64,000 nucleotides of DNA from Candidatus Cloacimonadales bacterium (GCA_963674825.1 OY771587.1:3168001-3232000); one strand, 5' to 3'; counted from the first letter of the stretch, positions 9,826 to 19,265 are shown. A program made the numbers and translations. Notes: generated by a model not told the origin, from the letters alone.

Positions 9826-10980
9826 TTACTTGAATTTCTCCTCGCCCTCGAAGCTGCGATAGGGATCGAAACTCTTGAGAATTTTTCTATCGTCCTCAGA
9901 GACTTCTCCGGCTACGATGCGTGCTACAAGCTCACCCATACCTGGCCCCAGCATGAAGCCCTGACCGCACATACCAACGTTGTGCACGTAATTGTCGTAG
10001 TCATCCACAATACCTACGATGGGGAATCCGTCCGGTGTCATGGGGTACTGGCCACGCCAGGTGCGGCGGATCTTGAGGTTGCCCAATCTCGGATAGAGGT
10101 CGAGCATTCGTGGAGCGACTTGAGGCAGGAATACAGAGGTTGAGTCCTGGTCGATATCGTAGATGGGTGGATCGGGCGTGATACAGAAGATGACCTGTCC
10201 TTCTTTGCTCTGGTAAAAATAGTAGTTCAGCGAATCACCGGCGGGACGCATATCGACAACCATCGGGCCGAAGAAGCGTTTGACCGGTTCGGTGATGGCG
10301 GCTTCGTGGGTGTCCGGCTTGACCGGGATATCGATATCGAGCAATTCACCGATCTGACGTGCGCCGTTGCCGCTGGCATTGACCACCCAACCGCAGGCGT
10401 AGCTGCCCTTATCGGTGGTAACGCCGGTGATATGTCCGTCGGTGCGATCGAATCCGGTGACGGTTTCATTGAAACGAAACTCGACGCCGAGATCCTTTGC
10501 GCGGAAATAGTAGGCGCTCATCGCCAGGAGTGGAGATGCGCTACCGTCTTCGGGCGAATAGGTGGAGCCGCGAAGTCCGTCCATGTTGATGCCAGGTACC
10601 AGTTCGTTGTATTCTTCCGGTGAAAGCCAGTCGATGTTAAGGCCGAACGACTTCTGGATCTTCAGGAGATCTTTGAGCTTCTTTTCATCGGCTTCGCTGT
10701 ATGCGGGATAGCTGTATCCATTGGACAGCCAATCGATATCGTGGCCGTATTTCTCTTTCCAGGAGGAGAAAATCTCGATGCTTCGGAGACTAATCTGAAT
10801 TTTTCCGTAGTCGGAATGGGTAGCGCGGATACCACCGATTGCCTTCTTGTTGTTCTGTTGCCCAGGTGAGGGTTTTCGCTCGATAACCAGGGTTTTCAAG
10901 CCTTTTTCTGCCAGCGAGATCGCGGTGGGAACGCCAACGCTTCCAGCGCCGATTACAACAACATCAAAAATCTCAGCCAT
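9826..10980 (-). CDS. FAD-dependent oxidoreductase, DAO/sarcosine oxidase beta/dye-linked L-proline dehydrogenase beta family
   Basis: VVVIGAGSVG, RTWRGQYPMTPDGFPIVG, GMCGQGFMLGPG. Confidence 0.88.
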   Translation of the reverse strand: MAEIFDVVVIGAGSVGVPTAISLAEKGLKTLVIERKPSPGQQNNKKAIGGIRATHSDYGKIQISLRSIEIFSSWKEKYGHDIDWLSNGYSYPAYSEADEKKLKDLLKIQKSFGLNIDWLSPEEYNELVPGINMDGLRGSTYSPEDGSASPLLAMSAYYFRAKDLGVEFRFNETVTGFDRTDGHITGVTTDKGSYACGWVVNASGNGARQIGELLDIDIPVKPDTHEAAITEPVKRFFGPMVVDMRPAGDSLNYYFYQSKEGQVIFCITPDPPIYDIDQDSTSVFLPQVAPRMLDLYPRLGNLKIRRTWRGQYPMTPDGFPIVGIVDDYDNYVHNVGMCGQGFMLGPGMGELVARIVAGEVSEDDRKILKSFDPYRSFEGEEKFK

Positions 10981-10981
10981 G

Positions 10982-13054
10982 TTATTCTCCCTTCCCTTGC
11001 ACGAAAACCTTCATCGGAACTTCCACGAAAACCGGTCGCACGGTGTGCGGAACGACATTCTCCGATGGAATACCCTCTTCGCGGAAAATCTGCTTGAGCA
11101 GAACATCGCAGGTTTTGCTGCCGCAGGGCCCCATACCGAGGTGCGTAACCGACTTGATGTGATTGATGTCGGTGATGCCCTGACGGATCAACGCTCTGAC
11201 CTCGCCTGCCGTAACGCGCTCGCAGAGGCAGACCATGGCGTCGTCCGGTGTCAGTACCGGCATGATGGTCTCTTCCATGGGTGCGGATACCGCCTCCGGC
11301 TGGATGCGGATACCGACGATCTTTTTCGCGATAGCCTTCGGAGCCGCGACCTTGACAAGTTGCGTCTTGCGATTCTTCACCGTGGTGACGCCGGTGACTT
11401 CAAGATCGGCCAGCTTGTTGCCGTCGATGTCGGTCACCTGTATGGTGTCGCCAGCTTCGATGGGGTTGTTGCCGACTTCGTAGGGCAGCGTGACGGTTGG
11501 GTTTTCGGCGTCCTTTCGGTAATCGACCAGTGTGATAGCCAGGCCGGGGCAGATCGCCACGCACTGACCGCAGCCGATGCATTTGCCTTCGTAATATGGG
11601 TTGCCCATGATGGGATCGCCATCCAGATGGATCGCGTTCGTCGGGCAGATGGATGTACATGGGTTGCAAGGGATCTCTTGAATGCAGTGGGTGATGGGGA
11701 AGACGCCCGATTCTTCGGGATGGACTCGTTGTGGCTTGACCGGGCCGGGGTGCTTCTTGAGCACTTCGGCTTTTTCGTACCAGCTCTGCGGGATATTGCC
11801 CGATTGCCCCTGCATGTCGTCGGCGATCTGGAGTCCGGCGATCTTGCCGTTGAACATCGCCGAGGATGCCTCTGCGATCTCCGCCGCGTCACCGGCAGCA
11901 TAAACCGGGATACCGGCTGTCTGCGCTTCCTGCGTGAATTCATCGACGCTGCTGAGTCCGACCGCTATCAGGATGGTATCGCAGGAGAAGGTCTTCTCGG
12001 TACCAGCGATGGGCTTGAAATTCTTGTCGATCTGCGCGATCGTGACCGAACTGACCGTCTCTTCGCCGTTTGCGCACAGGATGGTGTGCGAAGTATAGAT
12101 GGGAACGCCGAGTCGCTTGAGCTTATCGGCGTGAACTTTGTAGCCGCCGCACATGGGCATGGCTTCCACCAGTCCGACCACCTCGATATCCGCTTGCAGC
12201 GCATGATAGCCGGCAATCAGGCCGACGTTGCCGCCGCCGATGATGAACAGCCGCTTGGTGGGACGCACCAGGTCGCGGTTGACCAGCGTCTGGAACGCGC
12301 CAGCTCCGTAGATGCCGGCGAGGGTGTTGCCTGCGAAGCGCAGGAATTTCTCTCGCGCTCCGGCGGTGTTCAGCACCATTTTGGGCGTGGCCAGCTTGTA
12401 AACGCCATCTTTGAGGATGCCGACTTTCTTGTCCTTGAACGCGAACAGCACAGTGCTGTTTGCCCAGCAGGTGATGTTAGGTGTGTTCGCAGCTTTTTCG
12501 GCGAGCATCTTGCCGATGTCGTTGCCGCGGGTACCGGCGTAGGAATCCTCTACCGATCCGAAGAATTTATGGGTTTGCAAGACCAGCTTGCCGCCGAGTT
12601 CGCTCTTGTCGTCCACGATCAGAGTCGGGATGCCGCGTCCGCCGAGTTCCAGCGCAGCGGAGAGTCCCGCCGGGCCGCCGCCGATGATCAGCACGTCCGT
12701 TTCGATCTCCTCGATGGGGTCCATCTTGATCCGGTCGGTGGTTTCCGGGAGCTCGGGAAGGCCTTCCACGCTCTCCACGATCATGTTCTCTTCCACCGGT
12801 GTCATGCACGACTTCACCGGGACGCCATTGGCGATCACCGCGCACTTGGCGCACTGGCCGTTGGCGCAGAAGATCCCCTGCGCGCTTCCGTCCTTCTCGT
12901 GGTGACCGAATATTTTAATACCGTTTGCCATCAGCGCGGAGGATATGACCTCGCCGCGGCAGGCGGTCAGAGGGGATTTATTCCAATAAAAGGTTATCTT
13001 GTCGCATGCCTTCTGCGGCAGGATCGGGTGTTCGTGGATGCGATTCGTGTCCAT
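10982..13054 (-). CDS. Fused oxidoreductase: N-terminal [2Fe-2S], FAD/NAD(P) domain, 2[4Fe-4S] ferredoxin, C-terminal BFD-like [2Fe-2S] (sarcosine oxidase alpha/proline dehydrogenase-like)
   Basis: GIFCANGQCAKC..KSCMT, IIGGGPAGL, CIQEIPCNPC..ICP, CIGCGQCVAICP, VCLCERV...GMGPCGSKTC; ATG 13054 behind AGGAG. Confidence 0.88.
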   Translation of the reverse strand: MDTNRIHEHPILPQKACDKITFYWNKSPLTACRGEVISSALMANGIKIFGHHEKDGSAQGIFCANGQCAKCAVIANGVPVKSCMTPVEENMIVESVEGLPELPETTDRIKMDPIEEIETDVLIIGGGPAGLSAALELGGRGIPTLIVDDKSELGGKLVLQTHKFFGSVEDSYAGTRGNDIGKMLAEKAANTPNITCWANSTVLFAFKDKKVGILKDGVYKLATPKMVLNTAGAREKFLRFAGNTLAGIYGAGAFQTLVNRDLVRPTKRLFIIGGGNVGLIAGYHALQADIEVVGLVEAMPMCGGYKVHADKLKRLGVPIYTSHTILCANGEETVSSVTIAQIDKNFKPIAGTEKTFSCDTILIAVGLSSVDEFTQEAQTAGIPVYAAGDAAEIAEASSAMFNGKIAGLQIADDMQGQSGNIPQSWYEKAEVLKKHPGPVKPQRVHPEESGVFPITHCIQEIPCNPCTSICPTNAIHLDGDPIMGNPYYEGKCIGCGQCVAICPGLAITLVDYRKDAENPTVTLPYEVGNNPIEAGDTIQVTDIDGNKLADLEVTGVTTVKNRKTQLVKVAAPKAIAKKIVGIRIQPEAVSAPMEETIMPVLTPDDAMVCLCERVTAGEVRALIRQGITDINHIKSVTHLGMGPCGSKTCDVLLKQIFREEGIPSENVVPHTVRPVFVEVPMKVFVQGKGE

Positions 13055-13394
13055 ACACAACTCCTGAGGTACGAATTGGAAACAAAAAAAAGGATGCCGG
13101 AGCCTTGTCAAGGAAAAGCGGATGTTTTCGGTGTGTTCCCTGTTACTTGCTTATAATGTTGCAACTACCATGTTGCGGATTGTAAAAAACGATCGCCGAC
13201 GTGATACCCGTCATACGACGATTTTGTAGGATATTTATGACAGGTGTCAAGCAGGATTTATACGCACACCAGTACGGGCAGTTCAGAAAATATTTCCGTT
13301 GATGGCAGGGCGATTCTTCCGATTGCATGTGGGCTATGTGGTTACGCGGTGCATCGAGGCGCGCGGTGAATGGATTTCAGCGCGGTTGGCGTGA

Positions 13395-13411
13395 CGGGAA
13401 CGAAACTTGCA
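13395..13411 (+). promoter_or_regulatory. Sigma54-type -24/-12 promoter candidate
   Basis: CGGGAACGAAACTTGCA: GG-N10-GC, two mismatches to YTGGCACGRNNNTTGCW; 52 nt before ATG 13464. Confidence 0.6.
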
Positions 13412-13463
13412 CTGTTTTTACCCAACGCTTTCACCACGCGAGGTGGAACGGGGTGAGGATGTT

Positions 13464-13694
13464 ATGAAAAGATTCATGCATGTTCAGATCAGAAAGATCG
13501 AAATAGATAAATGGTGCGAAGGTTGCCGGATTCAGAGTGATCCCGGCAGACCGTATGTCATAGATTGGATTCGCAAGAACGCGCACTGGTTCCGTAGCGC
13601 ATGGGAGACTTCTCAGTGCAGGAGCTGCCGCCATTGGATCAACTGCGGACATCAGGCGTTGCAGAATTGCGTTAATTTCTCGCCGGACAAGTAA
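13464..13694 (+). CDS. Small (76 aa) Cys/Trp-rich hypothetical protein, possible metal binding
   Basis: GAGGA RBS; IEIDKWCEG....DPG..YVIDWI.KNA.WFR.AW followed by CxxCxxxxxCG-x6-C. Confidence 0.75.
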   Translation: MKRFMHVQIRKIEIDKWCEGCRIQSDPGRPYVIDWIRKNAHWFRSAWETSQCRSCRHWINCGHQALQNCVNFSPDK

Positions 13695-13698
13695 TTCG

Positions 13699-15249
13699 CT
13701 ATTTGCTTCTAAGCCAGAACCATAGCATCAGACCAGCCAGTATCAGAATGCCAGCACCGGTGATGCTCAGGAAGATGACATTCTTCTTGTGCGATTCCCG
13801 GTCCATCCGCGCTTGTTCCTCTATCAGAGCCTTCTCGACATTGCACTCCTTCAATTCCTCTTCCAGATTCTCGACCTGTATCTTCAGCTGATGAACCTTC
13901 TTTTCGCGGTCGTCCCACTGCTCGACAAGCTGCTCTTTCTGTTGGCGCTGGTGCTCGATCTCCTGCCGGTAGTCGATTAACTCCGTCTCGTAGCGCACCT
14001 TAAGCTCTTCGATCTGCTTGCGGTTTTCGCTACGGTTTACGTGATCGAGGTAGTCGATGTATTGCTGCTGCGTCTCAAATGCCTTGCGTAGGTCGTTCTT
14101 GTCGTAGTGGAGCTGCGTAATCACTTTCAACATCTCGAGTGTAACCGCCGGATACAATCTGGTGTCAAACTCTTTGAAAAACCGGTCGATGATCTTCCCG
14201 GCGTTAGTCGCGTCGCCTTTAGAACGGTAAACGAGCACCATTCCCAGCATAGCGTCAGCCTGAAGGCGATCCAGGGAGCGCTGTTGCGCGATGGTGAGAA
14301 GATCGCTGTAGAGTGCGATTGCCTGGCTGAAGTGGAGGAGTTCACGGTGGGTTTCGGCGAGATTCTGCATAACGGACAGCATGTGTAGCGTGTCGGCCTG
14401 CGTTCGATATGATTCCTGGGATTTATTGAGGTATTCCAACGCTTGGTCGTAGTCCTTGCGATCCATCAGCACCTTGCCGATTCGGTTGAGAATATCGGCT
14501 TTCTGGGGAACGTCGTCCTGCTGGAGAATCAGCCGGTATGCGGAATAGGCGCGGTTCAGCTCGCCCGATTCATGATAGACGGCTGCGATGCGGATACGGC
14601 TGTTAACCGCCTCCAATGGCATTCCCAGCTCTTCTGAGAGGTAGTAAGCTTCTTCGAATGAGCGCACGGCTTCGTCGAAGAATTTCTGTTTGAGGTAGAG
14701 GTTGCCGAGGTTGGTGTAGATCCGGATGCGGATTCGTTTATCCTCTCCGGCAGCTTCCAGAGAACGGCGGAAGTAGTCCTCCGATTTTGGAAAATTCTCC
14801 AACTCGCGGAATATCACCCCCAGGAAATTGAGACTCAGGCATTGCCCGTAACGGTCATCCTGACGAGTGTAGATTCCAAGTGCTTCGTGGAAGTGCTCGG
14901 CGGCGTTGCGGTAGTCCTCCAGCTTAAGGTAACCGGAGCCAATGTTGAGGTGAGCCTGTGCGGCGAGCATGGTGTCGCCGGCAGCGATCGCCGATTCGAG
15001 CGCGATGTTTCCGTAGGAAACCGTAAGCGGAGCATGTGTGTCCAGTTGCATGAACGAGAGTTGGTTTGCCAGCGCTCCGCGTTGCTGCATGAGGATGGGT
15101 ATCGCCAGCGAATCACTTGCTTCACGTGCGGAGATAATCGTAACCTGCAACGAATCGAGCGCGATCTGAAGTGAATCGGCTATGGTTACCGCGTGGAGCG
15201 AGGTCACCAGAAGCATAAGGATGATCAGAACATGTGATAATCTTTGCAT
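13699..15249 (-). CDS. Exported TPR-repeat protein with coiled coil and C-terminal membrane anchor
   Basis: Signal peptide MQRLSHVLIILMLLVTSLHA; TPR units (HLNIG, LNFLG, YTNLG, LNRIG); ELKVRYETE; hydrophobic helix followed by RSK-stop. Confidence 0.85.
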   Translation of the reverse strand: MQRLSHVLIILMLLVTSLHAVTIADSLQIALDSLQVTIISAREASDSLAIPILMQQRGALANQLSFMQLDTHAPLTVSYGNIALESAIAAGDTMLAAQAHLNIGSGYLKLEDYRNAAEHFHEALGIYTRQDDRYGQCLSLNFLGVIFRELENFPKSEDYFRRSLEAAGEDKRIRIRIYTNLGNLYLKQKFFDEAVRSFEEAYYLSEELGMPLEAVNSRIRIAAVYHESGELNRAYSAYRLILQQDDVPQKADILNRIGKVLMDRKDYDQALEYLNKSQESYRTQADTLHMLSVMQNLAETHRELLHFSQAIALYSDLLTIAQQRSLDRLQADAMLGMVLVYRSKGDATNAGKIIDRFFKEFDTRLYPAVTLEMLKVITQLHYDKNDLRKAFETQQQYIDYLDHVNRSENRKQIEELKVRYETELIDYRQEIEHQRQQKEQLVEQWDDREKKVHQLKIQVENLEEELKECNVEKALIEEQARMDRESHKKNVIFLSITGAGILILAGLMLWFWLRSK

Positions 15250-15277
15250 CGTGCAATCCTGTATCGTTAATTCCACA

Positions 15278-15305
15278 AGTTTACACGTTGATGCGCACCT
15301 GTCAA
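15278..15305 (-). promoter_or_regulatory. Sigma70-type promoter candidate for the TPR gene
   Basis: TTGACA-N16-TAAACT on the minus strand, 28 nt before the start. Confidence 0.5.
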
Positions 15306-15327
15306 GATTGTTGGAATCGGATGTCTT

Positions 15328-15534
15328 GGTCACGCAGGCTCCAGCTATGCATTCTCCCTCGATACGCGCGTCGCGCTACTCGGGATGACAAAGAGAGAGG
15401 GGCGTACGATTAACCGTGTCATGCTTGAGTTGTGAGTTTTGCGAAACACAAACTCGAATCCCACGAATACGACGCAGGAGCGTATCGAAGCACGACACGA
15501 TAGAGAAAGGGCAATCGCGGTGGATTGCCCCTAC
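15328..15534. repeat. Mosaic cluster of REP-like palindromes
   Basis: 15356-15390 CCCTCGATACGCGCGTCGCGCTACTCGGGATGACA; related opposite-orientation unit 15415-15499 (CGTGTCATGCTTGAGT...CGTATCGAAGCACGACACG); GTAG-type unit 15508-15534 (minus strand GTAGGGGCAATCCACCGCGATTGCCCT); 15328-15351 resembles the unit at 21646-21670. Confidence 0.7.
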
Positions 15535-15598
15535 AGCTATTCTGAATATTCACTTTGTAAACGTAAGCATCCCGATTATCGTGGATGTTTAGCGGAAT

Positions 15599-18139
15599 TT
15601 ACTTCATCAGCAGCATCTTTTTCACGAGCTGGTTGTCGCCGGCTTCGAGGCGATAGAAGTAAATGCCGCTGGAGACGGGCTTGCCGTGGTGATCAACGCC
15701 CTGCCATGTGACCGAGTGCGGTCCGGCATCTTGCGTTTCGTGAACCAGCGTGGCAACTTTCTGGCCACGAATGTTGTAGATTGCGAGCTTGACGTCTGTC
15801 TTACCCGGAATGCTGTAGCTGATCGTTGTTGAGGGATTGAAGGGGTTGGGGACGTTCTGGTGCAACTCGGTAAGAGCCGGTGTTGCATCGGAGCCGGTGC
15901 TTTGCACGCCGGTGGTGAAATCAAAGGAGTTCTGTGCTCTAACGCGATGGTTGTCCTCCACAAGCACGGTAATTGGCCAGCTCTGCTCCGGCTCCGTGGG
16001 TGTTCCCATCAGGATACCTTCAGGTGTCAGCTCCATGTTCTCGGGAAGGTTCGGATGTGTGTAGAAACAGGCGTAGCCGGGTTCGATCTGCATTTGACCA
16101 GAGATATCGAGCAGATCGTAGTTGACGCCGTCACCAGCGGAAATCCCGGCAACCCAACTGATCGAAGGATCTATGTCGCCGTAGTAAAACTCGATTTTTC
16201 CATCATTGTAAAGATAGGCCGTAACGTCGAGGTCGAACGTGACATTACCATAGCGTGAGGCGTGCCAGTGGATTTTCATTCGATGAGAGTCGTGATCGAC
16301 CCAGATACCATCGCCGAGTTCTTCAACAAGCAGCAAATCAGCGCCATAGGGGGTAATCACGCGGGTGTTGATGAGCGTATTTGAATTGCGAACACTGGTG
16401 GAGCCGTATTCGAAGCCGATGCTGCCGTCTGTGCCGATGTAGATGAATTCGTAATTCTCGCCAAAGAAGGGGAAGTTGAACGGTAGAATCTGCATGGTGC
16501 TCCCGTCGTCGTTGTCGTTTGGGAAGACCTGTGTTCCCTCAAAATCCGGGTATTCCGCTTCGAATGGTGTTTCATCGCATCCCATCAGCATACTCCACGT
16601 GTAGGGTGCTTCGCCGTTTTGTGCGACAAACTGGTATTCGTACGGATAGCCTGGACTTGCCTCGGGCAATTCCTGATCCGGAACTTCCACACGGTCGAAA
16701 TCGATCACCGCATTGATATAGCATTGCGTCAGGTCGTTGTTCACGATGGGCAAGGTTGTTTCATTCCATGCGTATTCAATCGGTTCGTCACCCGTTTCGT
16801 CATAGATGGAGAAGTAATCGATCGAGCCGGTAGCAGTGCCATCGGGATCACTCTCGTTAACCATCAGGAAGATACGGAACTCCTGCCCGAGTTCGATATG
16901 GCTTAGCAGCGGTGTGAAATCGAGCCCAATCTCGATGGTCTTGTCAGCTTCATTCTCACCGCCCTGCATGTATAATTCACCGCCCTGGTAGTTGAACATG
17001 GGAAATTCGATAACGAAATCGGGTTCGGCAGCATTCAGGTCGGTAGAAATTCCCGCGCTGATCTTGATCTTATTGCGGCAATCGTGCGTCATTATAACCT
17101 TTGACGTCAGCAACGGTATAAAGCTTTCACGAGCGCGCATGACGTGAACCGTGTTTTGCCAGACACCGCCGTTGGACACTTCTTCCGCCAGGAGTTTGTA
17201 CATCATGTATATCTTACCGTCGTCACCGAACGACTCTCCCCAGCTGTTGGCCACGATAAGAGCGCCGATTTCCCAGTCGCGCATATCGACAACCTCGTCG
17301 CCGTTGATATCGTAATCATTCGTGTAGAGTCCGTCACCGTTGTAGTCATAGCGGATGGAGTCGTTGTATCCGACGAAAGTCGTGGCGTGGTTCATCACGT
17401 CGCCCCACTGGATCACGCAGCGCATACCGGTCTCGGGGCTGTCGCTGTTGAGGTAAATCCACTGATAGTCGGTCATGCCGCAAGCGAAGTTTGCCAGGCC
17501 GCCGATCTCGGAGCCGTCGAGGTGGTCGTTCATCCATGCCTTTAGCGTGGCAAGGCCGAGCGAATCACCGACGAAGATGGAGGAGACTTCGAGCGTACGG
17601 TTTTCCATGCCTGTCCGGAAGCTTTCGTAGCCGCTCATCCAGCGCTGAGGTCCGCCGGTCGCATAATCGCCACCATATGTAATGACATCCGGGCATCCGC
17701 CGGCATCGATGATGCTCCAGCCATCCCAGTACCATGATCCACCGCCGCTTCCACCGTTGAGGAAATTCCATGTGTAATGAGTGGGATATTGGTTTTCGCC
17801 GGAATCCGCGCTTACCTCGCGTTCCCAGTCTATCTCGTAGGTAAAATTGTAGCCAATACCGCTTGCCTGTCCGCAGCTTCCGCCCTGCTGATTGAAGATG
17901 GGCCGGAAATAGGGGTATTGGGAGTTGTCGATTGCGGCTGGCCGGTTACGGTTTGCCTGATCTTGTGTGAGGCGTAGCTTGGGTAATGAGTCCAGATAAA
18001 GCGAGTCGCTGTGGGTGAGAGGCCGAAGTCCTCCAACGATCCACGGTTCGCCGTTGGGATCAGGATTGATATTTGTAATCTGCGAAAATGCTAACTGAAC
18101 GCATGTTAGAGCGAGAATGATGAACCATAACCTTTTCAT
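15599..18139 (-). CDS. Secreted papain-like (C1) cysteine peptidase with accessory beta-domains and a FlgD-Ig/T9SS type-A-like CTD
   Basis: Signal peptide; Q-xxx-SC (NQQGGSCGQ), NHATTFVGY, IVANSWG catalytic set; CTD QNVPNPFNPSTTI...VSSGIYFYRL...KKMLLMK. Confidence 0.85.
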   Translation of the reverse strand: MKRLWFIILALTCVQLAFSQITNINPDPNGEPWIVGGLRPLTHSDSLYLDSLPKLRLTQDQANRNRPAAIDNSQYPYFRPIFNQQGGSCGQASGIGYNFTYEIDWEREVSADSGENQYPTHYTWNFLNGGSGGGSWYWDGWSIIDAGGCPDVITYGGDYATGGPQRWMSGYESFRTGMENRTLEVSSIFVGDSLGLATLKAWMNDHLDGSEIGGLANFACGMTDYQWIYLNSDSPETGMRCVIQWGDVMNHATTFVGYNDSIRYDYNGDGLYTNDYDINGDEVVDMRDWEIGALIVANSWGESFGDDGKIYMMYKLLAEEVSNGGVWQNTVHVMRARESFIPLLTSKVIMTHDCRNKIKISAGISTDLNAAEPDFVIEFPMFNYQGGELYMQGGENEADKTIEIGLDFTPLLSHIELGQEFRIFLMVNESDPDGTATGSIDYFSIYDETGDEPIEYAWNETTLPIVNNDLTQCYINAVIDFDRVEVPDQELPEASPGYPYEYQFVAQNGEAPYTWSMLMGCDETPFEAEYPDFEGTQVFPNDNDDGSTMQILPFNFPFFGENYEFIYIGTDGSIGFEYGSTSVRNSNTLINTRVITPYGADLLLVEELGDGIWVDHDSHRMKIHWHASRYGNVTFDLDVTAYLYNDGKIEFYYGDIDPSISWVAGISAGDGVNYDLLDISGQMQIEPGYACFYTHPNLPENMELTPEGILMGTPTEPEQSWPITVLVEDNHRVRAQNSFDFTTGVQSTGSDATPALTELHQNVPNPFNPSTTISYSIPGKTDVKLAIYNIRGQKVATLVHETQDAGPHSVTWQGVDHHGKPVSSGIYFYRLEAGDNQLVKKMLLMK

Positions 18140-18163
18140 ATATATACCTCTATGATTAATCGA

Positions 18164-18180
18164 TGCAAGAAATGTTCCTC
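18164..18180 (-). promoter_or_regulatory. Sigma54-type -24/-12 promoter candidate
   Basis: Minus strand GAGGAACATTTCTTGCA, GG-N10-GC, 24 nt before the peptidase start. Confidence 0.55.
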
Positions 18181-18227
18181 GAGTCTCCTTATCATTTTCT
18201 GTAATCGCAATTTATAGGTGAAAATAA

Positions 18228-18256
18228 TTGACACGCAGAACCACCACAAATACATT
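18228..18256 (+). promoter_or_regulatory. Sigma70-type promoter candidate
   Basis: TTGACA-N17-TACATT, 19 nt before ATG 18276. Confidence 0.6.
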
Positions 18257-18275
18257 TTATACAGGTTGGTAATTC

Positions 18276-19265
18276 ATGAAAAGAAAAATATACATACCTG
18301 TCATTCTCGTACTTGTTGCCGGCGCGATTTTCTCCTATTTGTTCTATAGGCATCAGACGCGCTGTGCGCTTTATCCTGTACGATTCGGTTGCTCTGAGAA
18401 TCTTAATTTTCTCCCCGCACTTGCCAGTCATTCCGGCGCATTTGAAGAAAACTGCCTTCAGGTGAAGCTATCGCCATATGATACCGGGAAGCAAGCGCTT
18501 CGAGGATTGATCGATGACGATGTGGATATTTGCGTTGTAGGGCTCGGACCTTTTGCATACGAGGCGATCAAGAATGATAGTCTTCGAATAGTTGCATCTA
18601 TAGCAACATTCTACGACCTCTATACCCTGATTGCCCGGAAAGATCATGGCTTGCTGGAACCGACTGACTTGAAAAGGCATAAAATTGGCACCACATCCGG
18701 TTCGTCCATTCATTATTTTCTCGATCACTACCTTTTGGAATATCGCATTCCTGAAGATAGTGTGGAAATCATTTTCCAGCCTGCCAGCGAGTTAGTTGAG
18801 TCGTTTGTCGACGGTGATTTGGATGCTATATGCCTTCGGGATCCGTATATTGGACAGGCAGAAAAGGAACTGAATGGAAAGGTAATTCGGTTTGAGAGCG
18901 TTGATTTACCCGCCAATACGCTCAATGTTGTGACGACGGAAAGATATATAAAGCTTCACCCGGAGGTAGTGGAGAATTTTGTTCAAGCATTGGTAGATGC
19001 AGAAGATGATTACCTTACAAAATCTTCGGATTTTGGAGAATTCATTCAATCGCTAAATATGGAGAAGGCAAACGCCTGGACCGATCCGAACACACGGCTG
19101 CATGTCAGCCTGGAGCAAAACCTTATTCTCGAGCTTGAAAATGTGACCCGCTGGCTAATCAGGCACGATATGTTGAAAACACAGGTCGTACCCGATTACC
19201 GCGAATTTATCGATACAACTTTTCTAAGCCATAGCAATCCGGCTGCAGTTACAATTATTCGATAG
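18276..19265 (+). CDS. Membrane-anchored substrate-binding protein, NMT1/THI5-SsuA/NrtA family
   Basis: N-terminal TM helix; YDTGKQAL..LI, DLK..KIGTTSGSSIHYFL, GDLDA...DPY, HPEVVENFVQAL..AE. Confidence 0.8.
   Translation: MKRKIYIPVILVLVAGAIFSYLFYRHQTRCALYPVRFGCSENLNFLPALASHSGAFEENCLQVKLSPYDTGKQALRGLIDDDVDICVVGLGPFAYEAIKNDSLRIVASIATFYDLYTLIARKDHGLLEPTDLKRHKIGTTSGSSIHYFLDHYLLEYRIPEDSVEIIFQPASELVESFVDGDLDAICLRDPYIGQAEKELNGKVIRFESVDLPANTLNVVTTERYIKLHPEVVENFVQALVDAEDDYLTKSSDFGEFIQSLNMEKANAWTDPNTRLHVSLEQNLILELENVTRWLIRHDMLKTQVVPDYREFIDTTFLSHSNPAAVTIIR

Noticed and set aside
10847..13156. 769-aa plus-strand ORF
   Set aside because: Antisense shadow of the GC-rich oxidoreductase gene; no motifs or RBS.
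15439..15711. 90-aa plus-strand ORF across the REP cluster
   Set aside because: TTG start, no RBS, runs through repeats and overlaps the peptidase gene antisense.
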